DNA of 63,128 nt, filler included, from Stramenopiles sp. TOSAG23-6 (Eukaryota): the NCBI GenBank assembly GCA_900128565.1. It is 47 parts of 47 records of this genome, joined end to end, with 100 filler letters (N's around TTAATTAATTAA, not from the genome) between each part and the next. Parts side by side here need not be neighbours in the genome. Positions count along the whole stretch, not along the records: positions 37,830 to 39,072 come from LT639415.1; positions 39,173 to 40,415 come from LT639416.1; positions 40,516 to 41,757 come from LT639417.1; positions 41,858 to 43,097 come from LT639418.1; positions 43,198 to 44,437 come from LT639419.1; positions 44,538 to 45,776 come from LT639420.1; positions 45,877 to 47,115 come from LT639421.1; positions 47,216 to 48,453 come from LT639422.1; 39 more parts are not named here. One strand, given 5' to 3'. Both the position numbers and the translations under genes were made by a program. This document shows positions 37,883 through 49,990 of this stretch, piece by piece (the first letter of the stretch is position 1; each line of letters opens with the position of its first letter). The notes beneath the pieces are model-generated. The model was given only the letters and a program-made list of their open reading frames with translations, made no database searches and had not been told where the DNA came from.

Positions 37883-39020
37883 CAACTTGGACCTCGTCAT
37901 CCTCGAATGAGAGTAAAGCAAAAGGAAATGGATGATATATTTAGACGTTCACACGAAGCATTAATGCAGCAGGACTTACGACGCATGGAGCATGATCCAT
38001 TAGCAAAACCTTCATTGATGTATGTTTAATTTTTTTTCAAATTTGAATTTTTTTCGTACGAAATTTTGTACCTAAGAGATTTTTTTTTGTTTTTTTGAAA
38101 TATTTTTCCAAAATACATGGTTCTATTAAGTGATCATGGAATGACTGTAGCTGGAACCCATGGAGGCTCATCAAAAGAAGAGACATCAGCAGTATGTACG
38201 TTTACATTTTAATTTCAATTTCGAATTTTTTTTTCGTACGAAATTTTGTACCTAACGAATTTAAGTTTTTTTTTTGAAATATTTTTTTATAATCCATTTG
38301 TATTTGCACCATCGTTTAGTGCACAACAAAGCAATCATAATATTTCAAAGAAAAGTATTACACTAGACTTGAAATTCACATCTGAAATTGGTAATGTATG
38401 TTTTATTTTTTTTTTTAACAAAAAAAACGAATTTTTTTTTCGTACGAAATTTTGTACCTAACAAATTTTAGTTTTTTTTTGAAATATTTTTTCCAAAATA
38501 CATGCACTCCAAGTTGACTTTTCTCCTTCAATTGCTTTATTAATGGGTGTAGATCCGCCTCTTCAATGCACTGGTAAAATGATTTTTGATTTATTCCCAT
38601 CAGAAAATTTACTGGGTGCTCAACAACACAATGCGAAACAACTTGGTTCGTTATTAGACTTTAAAATCTCTCAAGGCAAAGGAAATTCAGATAATACAGA
38701 AAAATTTATACGCAAAGCTGGCGATGACGAAACGATCGCTGCTGCTAGATTGGCCTCGTCAGGAAGTCCAATTGACATTGCTAATTTGCATTGTACAATG
38801 AGTACAATTGCTTGTGTACGTTTTATATGAATTTTTAATTTAATTTGTTTTTTTCATACGAAATTTCATACCTAACGATTTTTGTTTTGAAATATTTTTT
38901 CACAATACATGATCGATGGAATAATTTACGTAAAAAAAATAAAAATCAATTTCGATTTTTTGAATCAAATGATGTAAGCAATGCAAAACAATCATGTGAA
39001 AATGAAGTGGTAAATTGTAT
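37883..39020 (+). CDS. GPI ethanolamine-phosphate transferase (PIG-O/PIG-G family), 5 exons; four GT-AT introns (38020-38118, 38196-38297, 38396-38503, 38816-38910)
   Basis: GPRHPRM...EMD, LMVLLSDHGM..GTHGG..EETSA, QVDFSPSIALLMG. Confidence 0.9.
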
Positions 39021-39278
39021 GTACGTTTTATTTTTTTTTCAATTTCGAATTTATTTTTTTATAAAAATTTTGNNNNNNNNNNNNNNNNNNNNNNNNNNNN
39101 NNNNNNNNNNNNNNNNTTAATTAATTAANNNNNNNNNNNNNNNNNNNNNNNNNNNNNNNNNNNNNNNNNNNNAGCAGCACCAACAGCAGCACAAGCAGGC
39201 GCAAATTCATCAATCGTTGCAGCAGCAGGACCAAGAAATGTATCAAATAATCGACCAAATTATTATAACATTTTAGGT

Positions 39279-40415
39279 GTGTCACAAACCGCAACTCCTC
39301 CAGAAATAATAAAATCTCATCGCTTATTATCGCTGCTTTATCATCCTGACAAGGTCGGAGGATCTCCCACAATGATGCAAAAGTTAAACGAAGCAAGAAG
39401 AATCCTTTCTAACCCTGATACAAGAGAAGCATACGATTTAAGCAACGCACTGGGCAACACATCAATCTTTCACGGGGGTCGTATACCAGAGAAATTGGAG
39501 GATACACAAGAACACACTTTAAGAAATGCAGCTCGTAGGGCTCGTAGGGCTCGTAGAGAAGGAACAGTTAATGATGAAAAAAACGGAGGAGGAGAGAATG
39601 ATGGTGGTGCACTTGTAAAACTCGAAAAAAAACTGAAAAAAAAAAAGATTTCAGTTGAACAAAAACTTGATTACATAAACCAAATGTTTCCCGATCCAAA
39701 TGGTATATTTGACGGTGATGTATTTAGGAACCTTTCAGATCGTGTAAAAAGTGTGAAAAGAATTGCAATAACCGCTGTCAAAATTCAACCTGAATTACTT
39801 CTAGAACTTCCAGATATATCCGAGAAAAAATACAAGACAATTGCTATAGCGGCAGTAAAGGCTGGGGGTTACGAAGCTCTAGCGTAAATTGGGTGGTCCC
39901 GAAAAGTACCTTGAGGTTGTTGCTAAAACAGCAACAGTTGGCGAAATTTCTCCTTTGGTAACGAGAACAAAATTCTCTCTTATCGCTGACGATCTTAATG
40001 CATCCTCCAATGTTAAACAATGTCTAAGGGTTTCCTTTCTTCCAGGTAGATCAATTCAAAAAAAAGCAAAACAAGTTATTGAAAATATAGCGGAATGGAG
40101 AGCAAGAAATCATGTGAATTCTACAGAATCAATTTCTGAAAACATTGCGTCAATCAAACTACGAAGAAAAGCAACTGTAACCTATCTTTTGAGTAGGCAA
40201 CGGAATTTTCGCAGAACTGGACAACCAAATACTTCCAGATATGTTGCTCAGTCGGACTTTCTTGATAATCCTCCAGGTCCGACACAGTTGGAAAATGGAT
40301 TTCCTGTTGGATGTTGTCCTTCTCCTCCAAGTGCATTGGCCACACCAGCGGAAGCAGCACCAGCGGAAGCAGAAGCAAAAGCAGCTGCAGTCGGAGCTGC
40401 TGTTGGCGATGCAGT
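39279..40415 (+). CDS. DnaJ-domain protein, frameshift near 39880
   Basis: YHPDK and LNEARRILSNPDTREAYD. Confidence 0.75.
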
Positions 40416-40515
40416 NNNNNNNNNNNNNNNNNNNNNNNNNNNNNNNNNNNNNNNNNNNNTTAATTAATTAANNNNNNNNNNNNNNNNNNNNNNNNNNNNN
40501 NNNNNNNNNNNNNNN

Positions 40516-41522
40516 GATTATCTCCCGGACGAGTGGATGCAAGAAGTTTATTTTACGCCTCGATCAGCTGAAAAAGATAAAGCTGATCTGAAAGACAACC
40601 TTGCCAAAGCGATTGAGGCTACTGATAACGATTGTCGCGAAAAGGTGAGAAAAATATTAAGTGGTTTAGATCTAAAGCAAATATCATATGGTAATACCTT
40701 TATACTTGCACTAACTAATGGAGGTGAAGTTTATTCATGGTCAAGATATGGACCAAGGCAAACATCACTAACGAACCAATTGGTCGATCTTTCACACAGG
40801 AAAATAAATGTATTCCAATGATTATCGAAGGATTAAGTGATGTGGTGCAAATTTCATCTGCTGAAAAACACAGTATTGCGTTAACAGAGAACGGAGAAGT
40901 ATTCACTTGGGGTAGAGACGAGGGGTATGGGATTCATCAAAGTGGATATATGTTTTATTTTTTTTCAATTTCAATTTCGAGTTTTTTTTTTGGTTTTCGT
41001 ACGAAATTTTGTACCTAACAAAGTTTACAAAGAAAAATATTTGTTCACAATACATACCTTGGTCAATTTAAAACATACCCAGCCACAGAATACCGTAGTC
41101 AATTTAGTACTCTTCAAAACAATGTTTTTCATCCAACACTTGTGAAAGGAGTAAAGGGAATGTTTATTGTTGAAGTATATGCTTGGAATTCCACAACTTT
41201 ACTACGATCAATATCTGGTCAAGTATTTTATTACGGTGATTTTATTGGTCCATTTGTTCCGAATATGTCTCGCCGAGATGGTAGCAAAGGTGTTGTACCA
41301 TTGCCATTTCGTGTATTCCAATTTAGGAAAGGACAAAAAGTATTGGTTAAACATAACGACGGGCAATGGTACCCGGCTACTATTTTGAGGGTGGGTACGG
41401 GTTATTATAATACAGATTACGAGGTAAAATTTGATGATTCAACGGAGATACCAGGAAGGAGTGACGGACAAAATGAGGAAAATATCCGACCAATGGTTTC
41501 CGAGTCCGACTCTTCCAAATAA
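40516..41522 (+). CDS. RCC1-repeat protein with C-terminal Tudor/Agenet-like domain; AT-AT intron 40948-41055; 1-nt frameshift near 40781
   Basis: HSIALTENGEVFTWG. The spliced join gives SGYLGQ. GQKVLV...GQWYPATI...YEVKFDD. Confidence 0.85.
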
Positions 41523-41923
41523 TGGTCTCAGGCTCACTGGGATGGGTATAGGTGGTATGGCTTGCACAACCCGATACCGATGCTTTTTTTAGGAATATCT
41601 GACACGAAATATCGGATATGATATCACCATATTATTGAAGTAATAAACGATATAAAAAAGTTTTGTTTTTCATTCCACCGTTAGCTCAGTGAGAGAGAGC
41701 ACCAAATAAATTATAATGCGATTTTTCTTTTTTCGAAAAAGTGATTTTTAGTGCATGNNNNNNNNNNNNNNNNNNNNNNNNNNNNNNNNNNNNNNNNNNN
41801 NTTAATTAATTAANNNNNNNNNNNNNNNNNNNNNNNNNNNNNNNNNNNNNNNNNNNNAAAAAACGTTAGGTACAAAATTTCGTACGAAAATAAATTCGAA
41901 ATTGAAAAAAAAATAAAACGTAC

Positions 41924-43004
41924 ATGAACACCGCGACCATTCGAACATAGAAGCATAAAAAAGTTCTACTAAATTTCGACTTTTCAGAATGTGAAGTTCT
42001 TGTTTTGCCTCTATTCCATTTACAAGTGAATGCAAAGAGACTTTTGGATTTGATGATGTGCATATAGATTTGCTATAAAAAAAAAGAGTCAAAGCTGTTC
42101 TTGCATGTTGAGCAGCTTTTTTCATATATGGGACTTTTGTCTTTGCTGTAATTTCTGTATTATTTTTCTCATCCTTTTTCAATTTTGACGCCCATCGTTT
42201 ATTCAAATCTATAGCCAGAAAATGGACCCATGCTGCAATTTCGTGAAAATAACCCGTATTATAAAATTCAGATTCTATAAATTGAACAGGAAGCTTCGAT
42301 ACTTTTGGAATATTATTTTCCCAAATTTCATTCCACAATGGACACCAATGTTTCTTATATGTTTTAGTATCATCTCCAGCATCATCTCCAAAATCATTAC
42401 ATGTCTTTTGTCNATTCGTTTCATTAATACAAACATCATCATTATCAGATCTATTCGTTTCATTAATATAAACATCATCATTATCAAAAGTACCTTGATA
42501 TGCCGTAAGAATCTCTCTCGCTCTAGCTACAAAATCCTTCGTCGACAAAGCAGATGAACTTGATTTCTGTANTATCTCTAATTCTNTAGCTTTATTATTT
42601 CCNTCAATGATTAATTGCTTTAATTGAACCAAAACATTAATATCATCATCATCATCATCATTATCATTATTTTTTTTCATTTTGTTTTTCAATCTATTTG
42701 ACTGTTGAGACACATTAGGTGATTGCGTAGAAATAAAAGTTTGGTCATGACTATCTTTGCATTTGTCAGTCACAGGTGAAATTTCGAATAAATTTAAAAT
42801 ATGCAAAAGATGCATATCAGATTCCTCAAATTTTCCCAGAATTCGTGCCAGTCGAGCAGCACTCACATGGATTAAAATATCATAAGATGATGACATGACA
42901 GAAATTACACAAAATGAATCTGTGATAATACCTCCCGTAGTAGTTCTACATACGCTACTAATAGTATTATATATATTTTCTATTTGTTTCAAAAGTTCGG
43001 GGTC
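41924..43004 (-). CDS. Hypothetical protein, internal exon bounded by family introns
   Basis: About 360 open codons between CCAAAACACAT| and T|GTACGT. Confidence 0.65.
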
Positions 43005-43197
43005 ATGTGTTTTGGAAAAATATTTCAAAAAAAAAAAACCTCAAATTTGTTAGGTACAAAATTTCGTACGAAAAATAAATTCGAAATTGAAAAAAAANNN
43101 NNNNNNNNNNNNNNNNNNNNNNNNNNNNNNNNNNNNNNNNNTTAATTAATTAANNNNNNNNNNNNNNNNNNNNNNNNNNNNNNNNNNNNNNNNNNNN

Positions 43198-43251
43198 CAG
43201 AGCGCCAGACTTTTAATCTGGTGGTCGTGGGTTCGAGTCCCACGGTGGGCG
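43198..43251 (+). tRNA. tRNA-Lys(UUU), 5'-truncated by the contig edge
   Basis: Anticodon arm CCAGA-CTTTTAA-TCTGG, T arm GTGGG-TTCGAGT-CCCAC, acceptor strand GGTGGGC-G. Confidence 0.9.
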
Positions 43252-43475
43252 TAACAAACATTTCTCTTTTGAGTTTTATTTACTTTTATTTGAAGTCTCA
43301 AATATATTTTTTTAGTCTTTTTTTCGTGACGTCACGTTCATATTTGGCCGACTTTGGCCATCAATCTCGAAATTTTTCCAGTACTTCAACAAGTCTCTTA
43401 GAGTCTTAGACTCTACTAGCTAAAGTAAGAATTAAACATTGTGATAATATTTCACCACTGGTGAAAGTAATAATG

Positions 43476-44294
43476 ATAGATGATGGTACAGTTGCTGTAG
43501 ATGGTCTATTTGGCACAATGGAAAATGTCCCTAACGATGATATATTTGATGGAAGTGACACAGTCGATCTATCTACTCTTGGTTTAAAGCCTGGTTCGTC
43601 TTTTAAAGATTTCAACGATTTTTTTGAAAAGACAAAGAGTGAAGCTGATTCTAAAACAGTTGTCAAGGCATTATATTTCATACGTCACGGAGAAGGTGAT
43701 CACAACTCGGCAGAGAAACGGTTTGGTAAACGTCAGTGGGAAGACGTGGAAGCTAAGAAAGAAAAATATTTAGATTCACCATTGAATGATGTCGGGAAGG
43801 TACAATCACAACAGCTAAACGAAAATATTTCTCTTACAAAAGATTTAAAGATCGATGCCATTATTGTAAGTCCATTAACAAGGGCAATAGAAACTGGTTC
43901 AATTGGTTTGTCTCACGTATGGGGTAAAATTCCCACCATATCTGTCGAAGTTGCTCGTGAACACATTGGCAAAAATTATTGTGACAAACGAATGAAGTTA
44001 TCTGAATTAAAAAACAAATTTGGAAACGTTGATTTCACTTTATTTGAATCTGAAAATGATCCTTGGTGGACTACACAGAGAGAAACAGATGAACACATTC
44101 AATTAAGAGTGAAAACACTTTTGCATTTTTTATCTCATGTGAATAAAGAGAAAACAATATTAAATAGAGCTGAGCATATTGCTATTGTAGGCCATTCTGG
44201 GTTTATGTCAGAATCAATGAAAGTCATTGGACATAAAGAAAAATGGCCCCAGAACTGTGAATTTGTTCCAGTAATTGTAAAATTTACAATATAA
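43476..44294 (+). CDS. Histidine phosphatase (phosphoglycerate mutase-like)
   Basis: FIRHGEGDHN, VSPLTRAIET, IVGHSG. Confidence 0.92.
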   Translation: MDDGTVAVDGLFGTMENVPNDDIFDGSDTVDLSTLGLKPGSSFKDFNDFFEKTKSEADSKTVVKALYFIRHGEGDHNSAEKRFGKRQWEDVEAKKEKYLDSPLNDVGKVQSQQLNENISLTKDLKIDAIIVSPLTRAIETGSIGLSHVWGKIPTISVEVAREHIGKNYCDKRMKLSELKNKFGNVDFTLFESENDPWWTTQRETDEHIQLRVKTLLHFLSHVNKEKTILNRAEHIAIVGHSGFMSESMKVIGHKEKWPQNCEFVPVIVKFTI

Positions 44295-44590
44295 AATATT
44301 ATACTTGATTACTAGGGTTAGGTTTTTTTTCAGTCCTGGTGAGTTATTGGTAAAAAAGTTTTAGAAATTGTAGAATCTAAAAGCATTGTTTTAGGGCAAT
44401 GTTTTTTTCAATCATTGTTTATTATATAAAATCTACANNNNNNNNNNNNNNNNNNNNNNNNNNNNNNNNNNNNNNNNNNNNTTAATTAATTAANNNNNNN
44501 NNNNNNNNNNNNNNNNNNNNNNNNNNNNNNNNNNNNNGAGAGCGGTTCTAAATATGTCCTGATTTTAGTAGGGTTATGTGTAAATATATT

Positions 44591-44973
44591 TTGTTGAATG
44601 TTTATTTGATGAACGCTGTGCGCATTTTATGTACGTTTTCATTTTTCAATTTCTAATTTATTTTTTTTTATTTTTTTTTATTTTTTTTTGTTTGAAAATT
44701 TCGTACCTAAAAAACAAATATTTGATATATGTACTAAAAATGCATGAGTAATAAAAAAGTTGAAGCCATATGTCACGCATTTCCAACACCCGATCATTTT
44801 ATTGACATAATGTTAATATTGGATTGTATGATAATGGTACAAAATTATTGCTCAACTACAAAATATCTTGAATTAATTGATGAATGTGAGAATCAGAAAC
44901 ATTGTGTTGAAATTGTTATGAAATATTTAAACAAAGTATTCCATAATTATACCTATCAAATGATACTCAATAC

Positions 44974-45020
<47 letters not shown>

Positions 45021-45776
45021 TACTCAATACGAATAATAATAATAATAATAATCATAATATACTCAATACAGTTGATAATAATAATCATCATAATATACAC
45101 AATACAGTTGATTACTATTGGTTGCTACCTCAATTAGCCTTTATACTCTCAAATATGAATCTACAAAAACTACAAAAATGTGAATATTTGTCAGTTGTAG
45201 TAAATTATATTAAAAAATTAAACAATAATTTTGGCATTCATTTTTTATGGATGGTACATAATAATTCTTATGCTAATGAAAATAAGACTGATAATGGTAC
45301 ACAGATTGCTGATACTAAACAATTTCTATTTTCTTTATTAATGAAATGTAATTGTGAGTATTTAATTCAACATTATAATACTTGGAAATATAATGATGAT
45401 GATGATGATGATGATAAAAGTTTTCTTTCATATTGCGTTGATTCTGTTGGATTATTCAGTAATTGTAGTGATAATTATGATGATACATTAAAAAATGAAG
45501 AAAAAAATGATAATTATGATGATACATTAAAAAATGAAGAAAAAAATGAAGAAAAAAATGAAAAATGTGATACAAAATACAAAAGAGATACTACTCATAT
45601 ACCAATTCAACAACAAAATCCCATTGCACAAATACCATTAATTATATTATGTGGAACTTGGAATGTGAATGCAAAATTAACAAATGATAATTTAGAAATT
45701 TGGCTAAGAGCTCATATCATGGAAAATACAAAAAATACAAAAAATACAAAAAATACAAAAAATACAAAAAATACAA
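44591..45776 (+). CDS. Helical region followed by the start of an INPP5 catalytic domain; GT-AT intron 44631-44745
   Basis: IILCGTWNVNAK...LEIWL is the INPP5 N-terminal motif. Long Asn/Asp tracts. Confidence 0.6.
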
Positions 45777-45956
45777 NNNNNNNNNNNNNNNNNNNNNNNN
45801 NNNNNNNNNNNNNNNNNNNNTTAATTAATTAANNNNNNNNNNNNNNNNNNNNNNNNNNNNNNNNNNNNNNNNNNNNATACTGTAAGATGTCACCTAATCA
45901 ACTCAATTCATAAAGGCGTATATTGCGCTAAATCTTTACGAGTAATTTTTTACCAA

Positions 45957-47115
45957 ATGGTATCTATTAGGAATAACAAAAACGACCCAGCAGACATGCT
46001 TGTGCGTGTAGAAACAGGAACGTGTAAAGCAGGTATGGAATTAATATTTCAACCTTCTGGTATGTCCGGAAAAATTTCAAACATGTGTGAAGTTTTACCC
46101 CCAAATGGGACCACTGAAGGTATGGATCCCCTTCCAAGGAAAGGTAGTAGAATAGAATCAGGGTTTCCTGGAGATCTTGTAATCATTGAAATTAAGAATG
46201 TTAAAATGGAAAAACAATTTAAACATACAGGTGACGTTGGGGGTGATGTTAAAGATCCACCGCAATTAACACGACGAATGATGGCAAATCTAGTGGTTAG
46301 TGATGGGTCGATTACCGTTGGCAAGAGAGTCCGCGTAACTAGTCATAGAGCACAGACAGTGTGCGAAATAGAAGGCATTATATGTCGGCAAGATCTTTTT
46401 ATTAATGGAGGTGCACCCAAGGCTCTTCATGCAAGATATGGAACACGTGGGCAAATACTTATGGTTGTTCTAGTACCTTGTCGCGATGCTGTTTACGAAC
46501 GATATCATGAATGTGCTCCACTTGGACAAATATCAGTGACTGGGGTGGATACAAATGTCATTGGAAATTTGCGTTCTTTCGGTACTATTGTAGAATTGCA
46601 AAACTTTCTTGACCCTATTCCTCAGTGGGCAGAAGCGTTCAAAGATAATCTCAGTGCCTCGGCGGCTAAACGAGCTGATATAGCTAAATCACAAATTCGT
46701 ATAGCCCAAGCAGAGCACCAGAATCTGCAGAATTTACTATAGTTGTTACAATTGAACCAGGATCAATGGGGGTCCAATTGAAACCTGTGCACAAAGACAC
46801 TCGTATAGGTGCATGTGTAAAAATGTTTCCTGATGAAGAAACATCTCAATTGGCATTAGCAGGCATTCAAGAAGGAATGATACTTCAGATGATTGAGCGA
46901 ATTGATGTACTTGACATGAACTTCCATGATATAATGTTGTTGCTGAAAGCAAGAAGTAAAATGAGAAATAAATTGACCTTTTTGACGGACAATGCGTCGT
47001 TTTATTTAAAGGCTGTTAAGATGGCATCTTTGAGCTCACAAAAAAATGCTTCCAATGCGAATGATGGTGCATTTTCTGTTGCAGTTAATATTTCGGGAAG
47101 TTCTTTAGGAGCAAA
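45957..47115 (+). CDS. Divergent EF-1alpha/eRF3-type domains II-III followed by a PDZ-like region, frameshift near 46720
   Basis: RVETG, FPGDLV, GDVGG..KDPP, YERYHECAPLG, then IVVTIEPGSMGVQL...GIQEGM. Confidence 0.6.
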
Positions 47116-47270
47116 NNNNNNNNNNNNNNNNNNNNNNNNNNNNNNNNNNNNNNNNNNNNTTAATTAATTAANNNNNNNNNNNNNNNNNNNNNNNNNNNNN
47201 NNNNNNNNNNNNNNNTGTACCTAACAAATTTTTTTTTAAGAAAATTTTGAAATATTTTTCCAAAATACAT

Positions 47271-48384
47271 TTGGAAGAACAAAATCAAATGAAACAAAAC
47301 AAAAATAATTCTGATTCATTAGGTCAAGAGTTTATCATGGGTTCAAAAAATGATATTAAAAAAAATGTAATATTGGGATTAGAACAAAAAGGAACAATGA
47401 CAAGTATGAAATATCGTATTAAAAAACTATTATTGACTGTTGTGCGTGAAACATTTCATTCTGGAATCATTCGAGGTGAAGGTATGTTTTTTTTTTAATT
47501 TTGAAATTTTTTTTTTTTTTTTTTTCAATCTTTAATGATTTTTTTTATAGTAAATTTTGTACCTAACAAAAAAAAATGAAAAAAATATTTTTTCACAATA
47601 CAGCAGGACGAATATCCAATCAAATGGAATCATATTTTTCAGATATATTGGCTCATGTTCGCGAAGAAGTGAAGCAATATTCCACGCAACTACAATTGAA
47701 AAATACAAAAAATACAAAAAATGCAGAGAAAAACGAAAAACCCGAAAATACAGAAAATACAGAAAATACAGAAAATACAGAAAATATACAAAAAAGTAAA
47801 CAAAAAATCCAAGGACAATTACTTGAATTGGAACTTTGTGATTCACAATCAAACACTACATTACGTCATCTTGAAATGATTGAAGCTGCACGAAAAACAA
47901 AAGATAAAAGTAAAATTTGTGATGCATGTATGTTTTATTTTTTTTTTACAAAAAAATCGAATTTATTTTTCGTACGTAATTTTGTACCTAACGAATTTTT
48001 TTTTTTTTATTGAAATATTTTTCCAAAATACATGGAATAACTATTCTTGTTATAATTGTCGAATTAATAATATCGATGTTGCAAAAGCATCTATTGATGA
48101 AGCATTGCATATTTGTCCAGATAACAAAAATTCTCAATTTATATCAATGATTATTCAACTTGAACAACAAAATTATGAAGGTGTAGTAAAAAATGGTACA
48201 AAAAATGGTACAAAAAATGGTACAAAAAATGGTACAAACAATGGTACAAACAATGAATTACATTCAAGAATTCTTCAATGGTTGCTAAAAGTTGTTGAAT
48301 CAATTGCTGCTGAAAAATGTGATTTGTTTGAAAAGAGAGATAATTTACTCCTAGAATCTCTTTCAATGTCTAATATGAATGCAT
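47271..48384 (+). CDS. TPR-like protein fragment; introns 47482-47603 (GT-AG) and 47928-48033 (GT-AT)
   Basis: Joins GAA G|CA and GCA T|GG keep the frame. DAWNN...AKASIDEALHICP. Confidence 0.65.
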
Positions 48385-48553
48385 GTACGTTTTTATTTCA
48401 ATTTTTTTTTTTTTTTTTTTTTAATTTTTTTTTTTTTTTTTGTAAAAAATTTTNNNNNNNNNNNNNNNNNNNNNNNNNNNNNNNNNNNNNNNNNNNNTTA
48501 ATTAATTAANNNNNNNNNNNNNNNNNNNNNNNNNNNNNNNNNNNNNNNNNNNN

Positions 48554-49341
48554 TTAGTGTCCCATAATTGTTGTGCAATTCTAGGAGTAGTAGGGTTAGG
48601 GTTTGATGTTTCCTGTATACCATCGACTACGGGCTGAAATAGTTCCCCATCATCTTGTCTGTCGATAGAAGTCGTAAAACTACTTTGTCTACTATTTGTG
48701 TTTGCGTTTGTGTTAGAGTTAGTATTATGTGTAGGGTTATGAACGAATCCTGTTGTGGATCGAGGATTATGAAGGAATGGCGTAGTGGATCGTGAACGTC
48801 GTGGGGATGTTCGCGGAGATGCCCGAGGCGATGTTTTCCTTCTTGAACTTTCTGCTGAAAAAAGAGTATGTGTATTTGAATCCGTCTGCGTACTCTTTGA
48901 ATAGTATTCTGAAGTAGAGCCTCTATTATTTACACTACATACATTTTCAAATACACAAAGGGAAACTAATGTTTCATTGTTTTCAGATGTGTATATAGTC
49001 TTGTTGTGAAGTTGGTTTTCATTCTCAGTATTCTCACATGTTTTGAGTGGGGACGTGCTTGATTGGTGCCCAGTAGTTGTATCAGAAATCTCATCATTTG
49101 GCGTCTTAATTGATTCTTCAGTAGCTTTAGGAGGTGAAGTGGTCGGGCCAGGAGCAGCAAGCAAATTAGAAATAAGATTATCCAAGTCCGAGCTTTCTAC
49201 GTTTGGTTCTGGTACAGGTTGCGGAATGTCATTTTTTGCTGGAGGAGTGTGAATGCTTTTTTGTTGACCACTGCTTCTCTTTTGCCGTAATGCTGCTAAC
49301 CGTGCACGTTTCTCTGCAAGTTTTGCTTTGCGTGCCTCCAT
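48554..49341 (-). CDS. Cytoplasmic dynein intermediate chain, N-terminus
   Basis: RKAKLAEKRARLAALRQKR coiled coil and YSKSTQT light-chain-binding motif. Confidence 0.75.
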
Positions 49342-49990
49342 TAGATTAAATAATATTTTCTAAAACGTATTATTGTGCATTATATAAATAGGACTTGATA
49401 GAGAGAGGTTGACTGCTGTGTAATAATTTAATTATGTGAATGTGATTGACTGTCAAAAGTGATTGGATTGAAACTTCACGATACACGAAATCATGAAAAA
49501 ACAGTTTTTTTTTCATAGGAAATTTCGTACCTAACGTGTTTTCATGATTTTTATTATAAGAAACGCCCGATTTATTTCGTGTTTTTTCCGCGAAATCATG
49601 GAAATACGTTAGGTACAAAATTTACTACGGAAACTTATTAAAACTTCATGACAAAAAAAAAATTGTGAAGTTTCCAATCAGTCAAGAGTCTAGAGTCAAG
49701 ACTGTCAAAATCCGAAAAGAAAACGAAAAAGCGATTGCGAAGACTTTGGAAAAATCTGGAAATTAAAAATTCGTCATAAAAAATTGCCAAANNNNNNNNN
49801 NNNNNNNNNNNNNNNNNNNNNNNNNNNNNNNNNNNTTAATTAATTAANNNNNNNNNNNNNNNNNNNNNNNNNNNNNNNNNNNNNNNNNNNNTATATATTG
49901 TTTTTGTTTAGGTACAAAATTTCGTACGAAAAAAAAATTATAAATTTGAAATAATAAATTTGAAATTGAAATGAATAATGAAAAACATAC

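Noticed and set aside
41674-41703. tRNA-like 5' fragment (CCGTTAGCTCAG...GAGAGCA)
   Set aside because: No anticodon or T arm follows. At most a remnant.
30890-46742. Frameshifts in DD3-3 (C10 run), DnaJ, RCC1 and EF1A-like genes as programmed frameshifting or editing
   Set aside because: No shared slippery motif. Consistent with low-coverage indel errors.
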